64,000 nucleotides of DNA from assembly GCA_965279375.1 (NCBI GenBank), contig OZ257156.1, positions 1,024,001 to 1,088,000 on the forward strand. The letters are read 5' to 3'. The notes beneath the pieces were generated by a model. That model was not told where the DNA came from. It was given only the letters and a program-made list of their open reading frames with translations, and did not search any database. This stretch comes from Gemmatimonas sp. Its GTDB lineage: Bacteria > Gemmatimonadota > Gemmatimonadetes > Gemmatimonadales > Gemmatimonadaceae. This document shows positions 41,076 through 51,421 of this stretch, piece after piece (the first letter of the stretch is position 1; every line of letters starts with the position of its first letter). The position numbers and the translations under genes are program-made.

Positions 41076-43127
41076 GTGTCCGCTGCACCAAACGTTGGAT
41101 CCCCCGTCGCCCTGACCGCGTCCCCTGAGACGGTGCGTCTCGCGATCGACACCGTCCGCACTCTTTCCATGGACGCGGTGCAGGCCGCCGAGTCGGGACA
41201 CCCCGGCACGCCGATGGCGCTGGCACCGTTGGCCTACGCGCTCTACACGCGCCATATGCGGCACGACCCGGCTTCGCCGTCGTGGCCGGATCGCGATCGG
41301 TTCGTGCTGTCGGTGGGTCACGCGTCGATGCTGCTCTACAGCTCCCTGCACCTCTCCGGCTACGCGCTGTCCCTCGATGACCTGCGCCACTTCCGTCAGT
41401 GGAAGAGTCTCACGCCGGGCCATCCGGAAGTGCATCACACGCCGGGCGTCGAAACCACCACGGGTCCACTCGGCCAGGGCGTGGCCAACGCGGTCGGCTT
41501 TGCCGTCGCCGAGGCGCATCTCGCCGCCGAGTTCAATCGCCCCGGTCACCACATCGTCGACCATTACACGTACTTCATCGCGGGCGATGGCTGCCTCATG
41601 GAAGGCATCTCGCACGAAGCGGCGTCGTACGCTGGGCACAACAAGCTCGGCAAGTTGATCGGCTTCTTCGACGACAACCGCATCACGATCGACGGCAGCA
41701 CGGACCTGAGCTGCAGCGACGATGCCGCCGCGCGCTTCGCGGCGTACGGCTGGCAGGTGCTGCACATCGCCGACGTGAACGACATCGCCTCCATCGACGC
41801 GGCAATCGCGCAGGCGAAGTCCGACCTCACACGTCCGACGCTCATCATCACGCGCACGCACATCGGCTTCGGCTCGCCCAATCGGCAGGATACCGCCAAG
41901 GCGCACGGCGAACCGCTCGGCAAGGACGAGATCGCGCTCACGAAGGCGGCGTATGGATGGCAGTATCCCGACCCGTTCACCGTGCCCGAGGAAGCGCTCG
42001 CGCATTGGCATGCGTCGGTCGCGGTGCGCGCCGCGTCGCACGCGGAGTGGGCCACGCGCTGGGCCGCGTACGCGGAGGCGTTTCCGGCGGAAGCAACGGA
42101 GCTCAAGCGGCGGTTGGAAGGCACGCAGCGCGCAGAGCTGGGCACGTCGTTCCCGACCTTCGACGCGAAGAGCGGCAACATCGCGTCACGCGCAGCGTCT
42201 GGCGCCGTGATCAACGCCATCGCACCGCACATTCCGGAATTGGTTGGTGGCTCGGCGGACCTTACCGGCTCCAATCTCACGAACGTGAAGGGCGCGTCGT
42301 ACTTCGCGCCATCGATTCCGGCCGGTCGCAACTTCCACTTCGGCATTCGTGAGCACGCCATGGGCGCGATCATGAATGGTATGGGATTGCACGGCGGCAT
42401 CATTCCCTACGGCGGCACGTTCCTCGTCTTCTCCGACTACATGCGTCCCGCTATTCGCCTTGCGGCGTTGATGGGCACGCACGCGATCTACGTCTTCACG
42501 CACGACTCCATCGGACTCGGCGAAGACGGTCCCACGCACCAGCCGGTGGAGCATCTCACGGCGCTGCGCTGCATTCCCAATCTCGTCGTGCTGCGCCCCG
42601 CCGACGCCGACGAAGTGTCCGAAGCATGGCGCGTCGCGTTGCACCACAAGACGGGCCCCGTGGCCATCGTGCTGACGCGACAGAAGCTCTCGTACCTCAA
42701 CGAGCACGCGCGCATTCGCGCGGGTGTGCCGCGCGGTGCCTATGTGCTCGCCGATGGTGTCTCCGGCACGCCGGATGTGGTGCTGCTGGCGACAGGTTCC
42801 GAAGTGGAGATCGCGCTCGCTGCGCGCGCCGAGCTGGCGGTACAGGGCGTGTCCGCGCGGGTGGTAAGCTGCCCGTCGCTCGAGCTGTTTGCGCAGCAGT
42901 CGCAGGAATATCGCGATCTCGTGTTGCCGCCAACGGTGCGTCGTGTGGCGATCGAGGCCGCCCATCCGATGTCGTGGTATCGCTGGGTCGGCTCCACGGG
43001 CGCAGTCGTTGGCATCGAGACGTTCGGCGCGAGCGCGCCGTATCAGACGCTCTATCGTGAGTACGGCATCACGGCGGAGCATCTGGCGCAGGTGGCGCAG
43101 GTGGCGCGCAAGGTCATCACGGCATGA
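41076..43127 (+). CDS. tkt: Transketolase
   Basis: [41 protein letters not shown] and [16 protein letters not shown] motifs. Confidence 0.97.
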   Translation: MSAAPNVGSPVALTASPETVRLAIDTVRTLSMDAVQAAESGHPGTPMALAPLAYALYTRHMRHDPASPSWPDRDRFVLSVGHASMLLYSSLHLSGYALSLDDLRHFRQWKSLTPGHPEVHHTPGVETTTGPLGQGVANAVGFAVAEAHLAAEFNRPGHHIVDHYTYFIAGDGCLMEGISHEAASYAGHNKLGKLIGFFDDNRITIDGSTDLSCSDDAAARFAAYGWQVLHIADVNDIASIDAAIAQAKSDLTRPTLIITRTHIGFGSPNRQDTAKAHGEPLGKDEIALTKAAYGWQYPDPFTVPEEALAHWHASVAVRAASHAEWATRWAAYAEAFPAEATELKRRLEGTQRAELGTSFPTFDAKSGNIASRAASGAVINAIAPHIPELVGGSADLTGSNLTNVKGASYFAPSIPAGRNFHFGIREHAMGAIMNGMGLHGGIIPYGGTFLVFSDYMRPAIRLAALMGTHAIYVFTHDSIGLGEDGPTHQPVEHLTALRCIPNLVVLRPADADEVSEAWRVALHHKTGPVAIVLTRQKLSYLNEHARIRAGVPRGAYVLADGVSGTPDVVLLATGSEVEIALAARAELAVQGVSARVVSCPSLELFAQQSQEYRDLVLPPTVRRVAIEAAHPMSWYRWVGSTGAVVGIETFGASAPYQTLYREYGITAEHLAQVAQVARKVITA

Positions 43128-43552
43128 GCGCGCAACCGCACGGCGTTCGTGGCATGACGCGTGTCGCTTTGGCGGCGCTTGCCGCAGTGCTGCTCGGCGC
43201 ATGCGGTGAAAGTCTGTCGACGATGACCACGACGGCGATGGACGGTTGCATCGCCGCGCGTAACCCTGTGTTCATGAGTGGACACGGGGCAGACGCGCTC
43301 AAGACGCCGCTGCCGAAGGACGTCGAAGCGCTCGCCATGCGCCTGCGCTACGATCGCGCGTTCAAGACGCTCAAGGTGATCGCCGAGAACGCGAAGGATC
43401 AGGTGACGCTGGTGTGCGCGCTGGACATCATGTCGCATAACGGCTACATCGATGTGCGCCTTTTCGTGGAGCGCTATCTGAAGCATCCTTCGCCCGATGT
43501 GGCGTTGAATGCGCGCTTGCTTCTCGATCGACCGGTTCCGACCGGACTCTAA
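43124..43552 (+). CDS. Hypothetical lipoprotein
   Basis: ATGA overlap with the tkt stop, lipobox LLGA-C, HEAT-like end (L.HPSPDVA.NA..LL). Confidence 0.6.
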   Translation: MSAQPHGVRGMTRVALAALAAVLLGACGESLSTMTTTAMDGCIAARNPVFMSGHGADALKTPLPKDVEALAMRLRYDRAFKTLKVIAENAKDQVTLVCALDIMSHNGYIDVRLFVERYLKHPSPDVALNARLLLDRPVPTGL

Positions 43553-43561
43553 CGGCCCAAC

Positions 43562-43996
43562 ATGTCCAACGGATCTCCTGGTATCGGCGGTATCGCCGTG
43601 CGCGCGGTGTTCGCGCTGCTGCTCGTGTTCGCGACATACAATCCGGAAGGCGTGTCGTTCTATCACTGGGCGATCGCGCCGCTCCTGGGACACGCGCCAT
43701 CCACGGGCTCCGCGCCGCTCAAATTTCTCACGGGTGTCGGTCTGTTGAGCGGTTGGGTGGTGTTTCTGAATGCGACTCGCCGATCGATCGGCATTGGCGG
43801 GTCGGTGTTGGTGCTGGCGATCGCCGGCGGCCTCGTATGGCTGCTTGTTGATACGGGCATGGTGAGCGCACGATCTGCGCGTGGCATCACGTACGTGGTG
43901 GAAGTGTGCACGGCCGTGCTGCTGGCGGTGGGGATGTCGTGGTCGCATGTGTCGCGCTCGCTCAGCGGGCAGATGGATACGGACCAGGTGGATTGA
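43562..43996 (+). CDS. DUF6524-like small membrane protein
   Basis: LVFATYNP.G.SF.HW, ATRRS.G..G and LA.GMSWSHV.R.LSGQ.D.D motifs. Confidence 0.75.
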   Translation: MSNGSPGIGGIAVRAVFALLLVFATYNPEGVSFYHWAIAPLLGHAPSTGSAPLKFLTGVGLLSGWVVFLNATRRSIGIGGSVLVLAIAGGLVWLLVDTGMVSARSARGITYVVEVCTAVLLAVGMSWSHVSRSLSGQMDTDQVD

Positions 43997-44009
43997 TCAC
44001 CTGTTGCGA

Positions 44010-46232
44010 ATGCAGATGATGGCGCGCCGAGTTGCCCTGTGCGCACTCGGCCTGGCGTGTACCCTGGGGCTCGGAACGATCGCGTACGCGCAGCGGGATC
44101 CGTCTGCGGGCTTTGTGTGGGATTCTCTGCCTCGTGGTCCGCGCGCCTTCCGCACCACGCGGGCCATCAAGCTCGACGGAGTCTTCGCGGAGCCGGAGTG
44201 GGCAATGGCCGACTCCATCACCGACTTCACACAACGCGATCCGCAGGAAGGGCAGCCTGCGTCTGAGCGGACCGTGGTGCGTCTGCTCGCCACGCCGAAC
44301 GGCTTGGCGATCGGTTGGTGGTGCTACGACAAGCAGCCCGAACTCATCGTACGCTCGCAGCTGCGGCGTGATGCGTCGTTGAGCTCGGACGACTACGTCT
44401 CCGTCGCCATCGACGGACTCTACGACAAGCGCAGCGGCTTCTACTTCCGCACCAACGCCAACGGTGCGCTGTGGGACGGTGAGCATCTGACGTTCGAGTC
44501 GGGGAACGAGAACTGGGATGGCGTGTGGGATGCGCGCTCCCGCGTGACGGCTGACGGCTACTTCGTGGAGATGCTGATCCCGTGGGCAACGCTGCGCTAT
44601 CGCAGCGACCTGTTCGTGTGGGGCATGAACTTCCGCCGCTTCATTCGGCGCAAGAACGAAGAGCAACTCTGGCGTGCATGGAAGCGCACCGAGGGCTTTC
44701 GATTCCTCGAGCGCGAAGGCGACGTTGCCGGCTTCGACAGCTTGCCCAATCGCGCGCGCGTCGAGTTGCGACCGTACGCGCTGAGCGAGAGTCGGCTGGC
44801 CAATCGCGTGCTGTTGCCGAGTGGCGGCGACTCGGTCACCAGTCCAGCAGGCTCGTACGGACACGTCGGTCTCGACGTGAAGATTCCCATCACGCGCACG
44901 CTCACGAGCGACATCACGCTCAATCCGGACTTCGCGCAGGCGGAAGTAGACCGTCAGGTGGTCAACCTGACACGCTTCCCACTGTTCTTTCCGGAGCAAC
45001 GCCTGTTTTTCACCGAAGGCGCCGGCATCTTCGACTTCGGGCGCATCCAGCAGACGCAAATGTTCTACTCGCGTCGCATTGGCCTCAGTCGGAACGGCAC
45101 GCCTGTGCACATCCCGTTCGGCATTCGCATGCAGGGTCGCGCGGGGAGCAACCAGATTGGGCTCTTGGCTGCACGCACGGGCGATGGCGAGAACGCCAAC
45201 AATCTCGTGGCGCGCGTCAAGCACGACGTGCTCGGTCGCGGCTATGTGGGCGCGATGTCCACACTCAACGATCGCGCGAACGGCACCACCAACCTGGCCG
45301 GCGGCGTGGACTTCAACCTGCCGTACATCGTGCGCGGCGGACAGAACCTCGTCTTGCTCGGCAACGCGGCATGGAGCCAGGATAGCGCCGGCGGACCGGT
45401 GGGTGGCCACTATCGACTCATCGCCGACTATCCGAACGACAAGGCGGACATGGTCATTCGGCTCGATCGCATCGATCGCGCCTACAACCCATCGCTCGGT
45501 TTTGTGCAGCAGCGCGGCGTTAACCGGCTCGGCGGCAGCACGAGCCTGACGCCACGACCGAAATCCGGGCCCATTCGCCGGCTCGAGTTCGATCTGCTCT
45601 CGTACAACGTGGTGTGGGACCTCGATTGGCGCCTGAGCAACGCGTCGTTTGAAGTGAAGCCGATCGGGCTGCAGTTCCAGTCGGGCGACAGAGTCGAGAT
45701 CAATCTGCAGCGCGCGTTCGACGCACCAGACGAGGCGTTCGAGATCTTTCCCGGATCCACGCTCGCGGCCGGTGGCTACTGGTGGAACCGCGTCGAGGCG
45801 CAGTACAGCGGCAGCGAAGCGCGCGTTGTTCAGTACTCGGTCAACGCCAGTACTGGCGAGTTCTACGACGGACGCTCGAGCGAAGTGAGCATTGGCATGC
45901 GTCTGCGTCGGTCGCCCCATTTGCTTGCGCAGCTGGATTTCGTGCACTCCGCGGTCACGCTGGGCGATGCCTCCTTCGCCGCGCAGACCGCGCGCTTGCG
46001 TGCCGACTATGCCGTCGGGCCACGACTCAACACGACGCTGTTTGCGCAGTGGGACAACGAATCCGACCGCGCATCGATCAACGCGCGCATGCGCTGGACC
46101 ATCGTGCCCGGGAGCGATCTGTACGTCGTGTGGAACAGCAACTGGGACACCGAAGTCGCGTCACACGTACGGTGGACGCGACCGCAGCGCGGTGGCCTCG
46201 TGGCCAAGTACGTGTACTTCTTCCGAAAGTAG
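44010..46232 (+). CDS. CBM9-like + DUF5916 secreted/outer-membrane protein (intact paralogue)
   Basis: LDG...EPEW, EM.IPW.TLRY, NPDFAQ.E.D...VNLTRF.LFFPE.R.FF.EG and FYSRRIG motifs. Confidence 0.85.
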   Translation: MQMMARRVALCALGLACTLGLGTIAYAQRDPSAGFVWDSLPRGPRAFRTTRAIKLDGVFAEPEWAMADSITDFTQRDPQEGQPASERTVVRLLATPNGLAIGWWCYDKQPELIVRSQLRRDASLSSDDYVSVAIDGLYDKRSGFYFRTNANGALWDGEHLTFESGNENWDGVWDARSRVTADGYFVEMLIPWATLRYRSDLFVWGMNFRRFIRRKNEEQLWRAWKRTEGFRFLEREGDVAGFDSLPNRARVELRPYALSESRLANRVLLPSGGDSVTSPAGSYGHVGLDVKIPITRTLTSDITLNPDFAQAEVDRQVVNLTRFPLFFPEQRLFFTEGAGIFDFGRIQQTQMFYSRRIGLSRNGTPVHIPFGIRMQGRAGSNQIGLLAARTGDGENANNLVARVKHDVLGRGYVGAMSTLNDRANGTTNLAGGVDFNLPYIVRGGQNLVLLGNAAWSQDSAGGPVGGHYRLIADYPNDKADMVIRLDRIDRAYNPSLGFVQQRGVNRLGGSTSLTPRPKSGPIRRLEFDLLSYNVVWDLDWRLSNASFEVKPIGLQFQSGDRVEINLQRAFDAPDEAFEIFPGSTLAAGGYWWNRVEAQYSGSEARVVQYSVNASTGEFYDGRSSEVSIGMRLRRSPHLLAQLDFVHSAVTLGDASFAAQTARLRADYAVGPRLNTTLFAQWDNESDRASINARMRWTIVPGSDLYVVWNSNWDTEVASHVRWTRPQRGGLVAKYVYFFRK

Positions 46233-46239
46233 CGGCTGA

Positions 46240-47382
46240 CTACTGCTTGGCGTACGGCGCGCACAGCGGATCGCCGATGACCAGGTCCTTCCACAGCACC
46301 ATCAGCGACGCGGCGTAGAACGCCTCCGCCAGCGTGAACCCGCGCAGGTATCGATCGAAGAGGATCCCGGGATTCACGAGCGCTGCGGTGTAGGGTTCGC
46401 TCACGTACCCCTTCGCACCGGTGACACCCTGTGCAATCAGATCGACGATGCGGCTCTGCCCGCCGATGACCGGACCAAAGCTTCGCGCACTCGTGGATAC
46501 GAAGGTCTCGGCCAATGCCCCCGGAAGAAAGCGAATGGCGTGATAGGTCTTTGGATCGAACGCGCCGTCGTTGCTCCCCCAACTCGTGTAACCCATCACG
46601 GGCGAAGTCGGAGCCACGAACGCAGTCGTCGAATCGAACTGCACGTTGAATCCTCCGATCTTGAGCCACGTCGCAGCCTGATACAGCTGTCGATTCGTCA
46701 TCTCGTATCCATCGATCTTCCTTCCCGTCGGTCTCGCGTCGAACAGAAATGGACCCCGAACCGGGCGCGCAGCAATCGAGCGATCAACGAGCGCCAGACA
46801 GTCGGCGACCTTCGCGCAGTCGAGTCGCGTGACGAGATACATCCCGAACCGCTCGCTGTTGAACGGCTCCTTCGAGTTGAAGTACGGGCTGCGATGGCGC
46901 GCCAGCCAGGCGGTGTCGAAACCAACCATCGGAGGAATCGACAGACGCATGCCGGCTAGGTGCGCATCCACCGCATAGCCACTGCCACCGCGAATGCGCA
47001 ACGGCGTCCCCGTCGTCAGGACGATGAAGTCGATGCGCTCTGGTAGCGCGTCGATTGCCTCGCGAATGGGTTCCAGAAGCTTTGTGCGAAAGTCAGCCCG
47101 CGTGATCTCGTCACGTGGCGAAACACTCACGCGAACCACATGCGACGCGGCAATGCCGCGGTGCTGCACGTAGTAGCGTCCGACGGTGCCACTCGCAGCG
47201 CTTTGCTTGTTGATGACCACCAGCACGCGATCGGGGCCAGTGCGTGGTGGCGTTTTGACTGCCTGCGCCGAAGCGTTGCCTCCAACGATCAGGCTCGCGA
47301 CAGCCGCGCCGAACAGGCGCAGCAGCGGCCATCGCACCGCGGTGCATGCACGGTGGTTGGGGGTTGGGCGGGATACGATCAT
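46240..47382 (-). CDS. TIGR03790-like secreted protein
   Basis: VLVVIN....S...G.YY...RGI, YLVTRLD, F.PGA.A....STS, G.TG..G.V.EPY and GDPL..PY motifs. Start uncertain (47382 or GTG 47337). Confidence 0.75.
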   Translation of the reverse strand: MIVSRPTPNHRACTAVRWPLLRLFGAAVASLIVGGNASAQAVKTPPRTGPDRVLVVINKQSAASGTVGRYYVQHRGIAASHVVRVSVSPRDEITRADFRTKLLEPIREAIDALPERIDFIVLTTGTPLRIRGGSGYAVDAHLAGMRLSIPPMVGFDTAWLARHRSPYFNSKEPFNSERFGMYLVTRLDCAKVADCLALVDRSIAARPVRGPFLFDARPTGRKIDGYEMTNRQLYQAATWLKIGGFNVQFDSTTAFVAPTSPVMGYTSWGSNDGAFDPKTYHAIRFLPGALAETFVSTSARSFGPVIGGQSRIVDLIAQGVTGAKGYVSEPYTAALVNPGILFDRYLRGFTLAEAFYAASLMVLWKDLVIGDPLCAPYAKQ

Positions 47383-47448
47383 CTGCACACAATGCGCTGC
47401 GGAGTGCGTTGTGGGAACCGGCAGCGGCGGCTCAATGCTTTCTTCGGC

Positions 47449-49044
47449 ATGTCCTCCACCCTGACACTCGCCTTCGTTGCACCGTGGGAATGCTCGCGTG
47501 CGGTAGCCAACATACCCCGCCAACCTCGAAGCGATGTCGTGGTCGTTCTCCTCGAGTCCGTCGCCAAGGGCGCGTCCTTGCCGTGGCACCGACAGAAGCT
47601 CGTCCTCGTCCTGTCGGCGATGCAGCACTTCGCCAAGGCACTGGAGACGGCCGGCTTTCGCGTGCTCTACCGGCGCGTGCCCAGCTACGCCGATGGGCTC
47701 GTGGCGGTCGCGCAGGAGCTCGGGGCAAGCCGTGTCGTGGCGACGGAGGGACGAGAGCAGGACATGGTGGACGAACTCTCGCGCGCGGACGTATGGCTGC
47801 GCGAGATCGGCGTACCACTCGTGCTGCGCGAGGATCGCGGGTTTCTGGCGTCGCGCGGCGAGTTCGTGGAATGGGCCGCGGGCAAGAAGGAGCTGCGCAT
47901 GGAGTGGTTCTATCGGCAGATGCGTCGCAAGCATGGCATTTTGATGGAGCCCGATGGCACGCCGACCGGCGGTGCGTGGAACTTCGATGTCGAGAACCGG
48001 AAGCCCTGGCCGCGTGATCGCGCCGTGCCTGCACGCCTCGCCACCCCGCCCGACGAGCTCACCGCTTCCGTGATGCAGCGCGTGGCCGCTTGGCGTGGGC
48101 GTTGGGGAACGGTGGACTCGTTTGCCTTGCCGACCACACGCGCTGGCGCGAAGGCGTGGCTCGAACGCTTCATCGTCGAACGTCTGCCTGAGTTCGGGCC
48201 GTACGAAGATGCGCTCGTCTACGGTGAAGCAGACCTGCTGCATTCAGCGTTGTCATCGCTGCTCAACGTGGGCCTCCTGCATCCGCTGGAGATCGTTACG
48301 CGCGCCGAACGTGCGTATCGCGAGGGTCTGGTCCCAATCGCCTCCGCCGAAGGATTCATTCGCCAGATACTCGGCTGGCGCGAGTACATCCGCGGCATGT
48401 ACTGGCATCTCATGCCGGGGCTGCGCACGGCCAATGCGCTCGAAGCGCCGCTGCCACTGCCAGCGTGGTTCTGGGCCCCGGATGGTGAAGCGTACACCGA
48501 CTCGCACGAGGCTTCGTCGCCGTGCGGCATGCGCTGTCTCGCAGACAGCATTCGCTCGGTGCGCGATCATGGGCGCGTGCATCACATCGCGCGGCTGATG
48601 GTGCAGTGCAACTTTGCCACGTTGCTTGGCGTGGAACCGGCCGCCCTCGCGCGCTGGTACTGGAGCGCGTTCACGGACGCCTACGAGTGGGTGCAGCTCC
48701 CGAACGTGGTGGGCATGGGCACGTGGGGCGATGGCGGGGCACTGGCGTCCAAGCCCTACGTGGCATCGGGCGCGTACATCAATCGCATGAGCAACTACTG
48801 CGGCGGCTGTCAGTACAACGTCAAGGAACGCACCGGTGCCAAGGCATGCCCGGTCAACCTGCTCTACTGGGACTTCCTCGATCGACATCGCGCCCGCTTC
48901 GCGTCACATCCGCGCATGTCGATGATGATTCGCCACGTCGAGAAGATCCCTGATCCCGAGCTGGTGACGATTCGCCGAGAGGCGCAGGCGTTTCGCGCGT
49001 CGTTGGCATACGACAGCGACTTCGGGCCGCGCGTTCCGTTGTAG
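47449..49044 (+). CDS. FeS-cluster bacterial cryptochrome/(6-4) photolyase (PhrB/CryB-like)
   Basis: H.QKL....SAM.HFA, RME.FYR.MR, GG.WNFD.ENR, RQILGWREY.RG.YW, MRCL, HHI.RLM, DAYEWV..PNV.GM, KPY.ASG.YI.RMS.YC..C and ACP motifs. Confidence 0.92.
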   Translation: MSSTLTLAFVAPWECSRAVANIPRQPRSDVVVVLLESVAKGASLPWHRQKLVLVLSAMQHFAKALETAGFRVLYRRVPSYADGLVAVAQELGASRVVATEGREQDMVDELSRADVWLREIGVPLVLREDRGFLASRGEFVEWAAGKKELRMEWFYRQMRRKHGILMEPDGTPTGGAWNFDVENRKPWPRDRAVPARLATPPDELTASVMQRVAAWRGRWGTVDSFALPTTRAGAKAWLERFIVERLPEFGPYEDALVYGEADLLHSALSSLLNVGLLHPLEIVTRAERAYREGLVPIASAEGFIRQILGWREYIRGMYWHLMPGLRTANALEAPLPLPAWFWAPDGEAYTDSHEASSPCGMRCLADSIRSVRDHGRVHHIARLMVQCNFATLLGVEPAALARWYWSAFTDAYEWVQLPNVVGMGTWGDGGALASKPYVASGAYINRMSNYCGGCQYNVKERTGAKACPVNLLYWDFLDRHRARFASHPRMSMMIRHVEKIPDPELVTIRREAQAFRASLAYDSDFGPRVPL

Positions 49045-49081
49045 CGTTCCATAGCGACGCACCGTCGCATAGCATTCAGGC

Positions 49082-50239
49082 GTGGAGACTCCCCCAACGC
49101 GCCTGCACGTCAAGCCACCGCAGTCCACGCCCGCGCAACGCAAGGCGCTGCGCGAGGTCGTGCGCGCGTCATGCGAGAATCTGCCGGGCACGTATCGCAT
49201 GCTCGGCACCACGGGGATGGTGCTCTACGTAGGACAGTCGCGAAAGCTGCGCACGCGGCTGCTCTCTTACTTTCGCGCGAAAGGACGTCGCAACAAGGCC
49301 GCGCGTATCCTGCGACACGTCTTCCAGATCGAATGGGAGTACGCGCACACCGAGTTCGGTGCGCTGCTGCGCGAGCTGCGGCTCATCAAGCAATACCGAC
49401 CGCCGTTCAATGCGATGATGGTGACCGACGATTGGCCGCGCGGTTACCTCGCGCTCACCGGTGGACCCGTGCCCGGGTTGCGTGTCGTTCCGCGATCGGA
49501 TGATCCATTGGCGGTCGCGCTCTTCGGGCCGTTCCGCAAAGTGTCGGCGCTCCGTGAAGCGACGCGCGCCCTCGCTGAAGCGACCGGCCTTCGCGACTGT
49601 ACGCTCGAAGACGCGCGATCGGCGCGCGGTACGACTTCGCTGTGGTTTCAGGACGACGACACGCCGCGTAGCGCGACGCGTAAGGCGAGCACGCGCACCC
49701 GTGCGCCCGGCTGTCTGCGCCATGATGTGGGAACGTGCCCCGGGCCGTGTATCGGCGCGGGGGAAAGCGCGCGCTATCGCGACGCCGCGCGTGATGTCCG
49801 CGAGTTTCTCGAAGGGCGCAGCGATGCACCGGTGGCAACACTCACCCAGCAGATGCAGTCCGCTTCTGAATGCATGGAGTTCGAGCGTGCCGGGGTGTTA
49901 CGCGATCGCCTTGCCCGTGTTCGCTGGCTGCACGAGCGCGTGCAGCATTTTCACGCGAACGTCGACCGTCTTACCTTTCGCTACCACGCCGTGGGTCCGG
50001 GCGACCGCGAGTGGGTGTACCTCGTGCGCCGTGGGACTGTACGCGCCGAACTGCCAGCGCCTGTGACAGATGCGGAACATGCAGCGTTGGCCGCGCAGCT
50101 CGAACGCATCTACAACGGACCGGATCCCACCGGTGCCGACATTCCCACGCACGACCTCGACGAGTTCTACCTCGTGGCGAGTTGGTTTCGCCGGCGCCCG
50201 CACGAGCGGGCCCGCGTGGTGCGATCAGCTCACCGATAG
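49082..50239 (+). CDS. GIY-YIG nuclease with UVR domain (UvrC N-terminal / Cho-like)
   Basis: PG.Y......VLYVG.S..LR.RL.SYF, E..A.L.E..LIK...P.FN, Cys-rich region and M..AS..MEFE.A...RD. Confidence 0.85.
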   Translation: METPPTRLHVKPPQSTPAQRKALREVVRASCENLPGTYRMLGTTGMVLYVGQSRKLRTRLLSYFRAKGRRNKAARILRHVFQIEWEYAHTEFGALLRELRLIKQYRPPFNAMMVTDDWPRGYLALTGGPVPGLRVVPRSDDPLAVALFGPFRKVSALREATRALAEATGLRDCTLEDARSARGTTSLWFQDDDTPRSATRKASTRTRAPGCLRHDVGTCPGPCIGAGESARYRDAARDVREFLEGRSDAPVATLTQQMQSASECMEFERAGVLRDRLARVRWLHERVQHFHANVDRLTFRYHAVGPGDREWVYLVRRGTVRAELPAPVTDAEHAALAAQLERIYNGPDPTGADIPTHDLDEFYLVASWFRRRPHERARVVRSAHR

Positions 50240-50346
50240 ATGCACGAAGTGCCCGGATATTACTCCGGGCACCTCGTGTCCTGCACACCGTCCGCTCGCT
50301 TCGGGTCCCGCCCCTGGTTGGCGGAACGGTGCTTTCCCTTTGGCAG

Positions 50347-50547
50347 TTACGCCGGCTTCTTGCCCTTCTTGTGCGTCGTGTCCGACTTGGACTTGGCGCT
50401 GTCCGGCTTGGCCATTGCCGCCTTCTCGGTCGGCTTGGCAGGGGCCGCTGCAGTAGCAGCAGCCTTCTTGGCCGGCGGCTGCTGCGCAGAGGCAGACGCA
50501 GCAAGGACGACTGAGGCGGCGGCGACGGCGAGGCGAATACGATTCAT
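50347..50547 (-). CDS. Small secreted Ala/Lys-rich low-complexity protein
   Basis: 66 aa, GGAG RBS, Sec signal ending ASA-QQ, basic disordered mature part. Confidence 0.75.
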   Translation of the reverse strand: MNRIRLAVAAASVVLAASASAQQPPAKKAAATAAAPAKPTEKAAMAKPDSAKSKSDTTHKKGKKPA

Positions 50548-50690
50548 GGGTAGCTCCGGTGAAGCGTGGTGGCACTATGCACTGGTGACTGCGAAAGGCG
50601 CTCGCTCACTTGTCTTGGCCCTGTATGACGCGCAGCGTGAGTGCAGCACGAGTCACTCACGGTGACGCGGTGTAGAGTAGAGACACCGAC

Positions 50691-50707
50691 CTTAACCGGC
50701 GATTAAC
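50691..50707. promoter_or_regulatory. Direct repeat TTAAC-N6-TTAAC, candidate OmpR/PhoB-family binding box
   Basis: TTAAC at 50692 and 50703 (11-bp period), between the small gene and the response regulator. Confidence 0.5.
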
Positions 50708-50735
50708 GATTTGAACTCCTCGCTCCCCTGCCATC

Positions 50736-51416
50736 GTGCGCCTGCTCGTCGTTGAGGATGATCCAAAGCTCGCTCGGCTGATCGCGCGTGGCTTGCGTGA
50801 GGCCGCCTATGCGGTGGACGTCACCGGGGATGGCCGCGACGCGATCGCGCAGGCCGCGATCAACAGCTACGACGCCATCATTCTCGACCTGATGCTGCCG
50901 GGCGCTGACGGACTGACCGTGTGCAAGACGGTGCGCGCGCGCGGCATCACGGCGCGCATTCTCATGCTCACCGCGCGCGACGCGATCGCCGATCGTATCG
51001 CGGGCCTCGACCAGGGCGCGGACGACTATCTCACCAAGCCATTCGACTTCGGTGAGCTGCTCGCACGACTGCGCGCGCTGCTGCGTCGGCCGGAGGTGCT
51101 GCAGCCGTCGCGACTACGAGTGGGCGACCTGGAGATCGATGCACTCGCGCAGTCTGTCGTACGCGCTGGTGTGCCGATCGCACTCACGTCCAAAGAGTAT
51201 GCGCTGCTCGACCTGCTCGCGCGGCGCGTTGGGCAGGTGGTGTCGCGAGCCGACATCGTCGCACACGTGTGGGACGACAATCACGACCCGTTCACCAACG
51301 CCGTCGAGGTTTACGTCAATCGACTGCGCGGCAAGATCGATCGGGAGCCGTGGTCTCCGCTCATCCACACTCGCCGCGGCGCTGGCTACATGCTCGCTGA
51401 ACGTCCGCCTGCCTGA
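50736..51416 (+). CDS. OmpR/PhoB-family response regulator (CusR/CzcR-like)
   Basis: LLVVEDD, ILDLMLP, LTARD, GADDYLTKPF, LT.KE..LL and IHT.RG.GY motifs. Confidence 0.95.
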   Translation: MRLLVVEDDPKLARLIARGLREAAYAVDVTGDGRDAIAQAAINSYDAIILDLMLPGADGLTVCKTVRARGITARILMLTARDAIADRIAGLDQGADDYLTKPFDFGELLARLRALLRRPEVLQPSRLRVGDLEIDALAQSVVRAGVPIALTSKEYALLDLLARRVGQVVSRADIVAHVWDDNHDPFTNAVEVYVNRLRGKIDREPWSPLIHTRRGAGYMLAERPPA

Positions 51417-51421
51417 TCGCG

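Noticed and set aside
43084..43107. 9-bp tandem repeat TGGCGCAGG (QVAQVA) at the end of tkt
   Set aside because: In-frame short slippage in a variable C-terminal helix, with no evidence of function.
50548..50690. Possible riboswitch or sRNA in the leader of the small secreted protein
   Set aside because: No recognisable aptamer consensus or strong terminator seen by eye; an Rfam cmscan would be needed.
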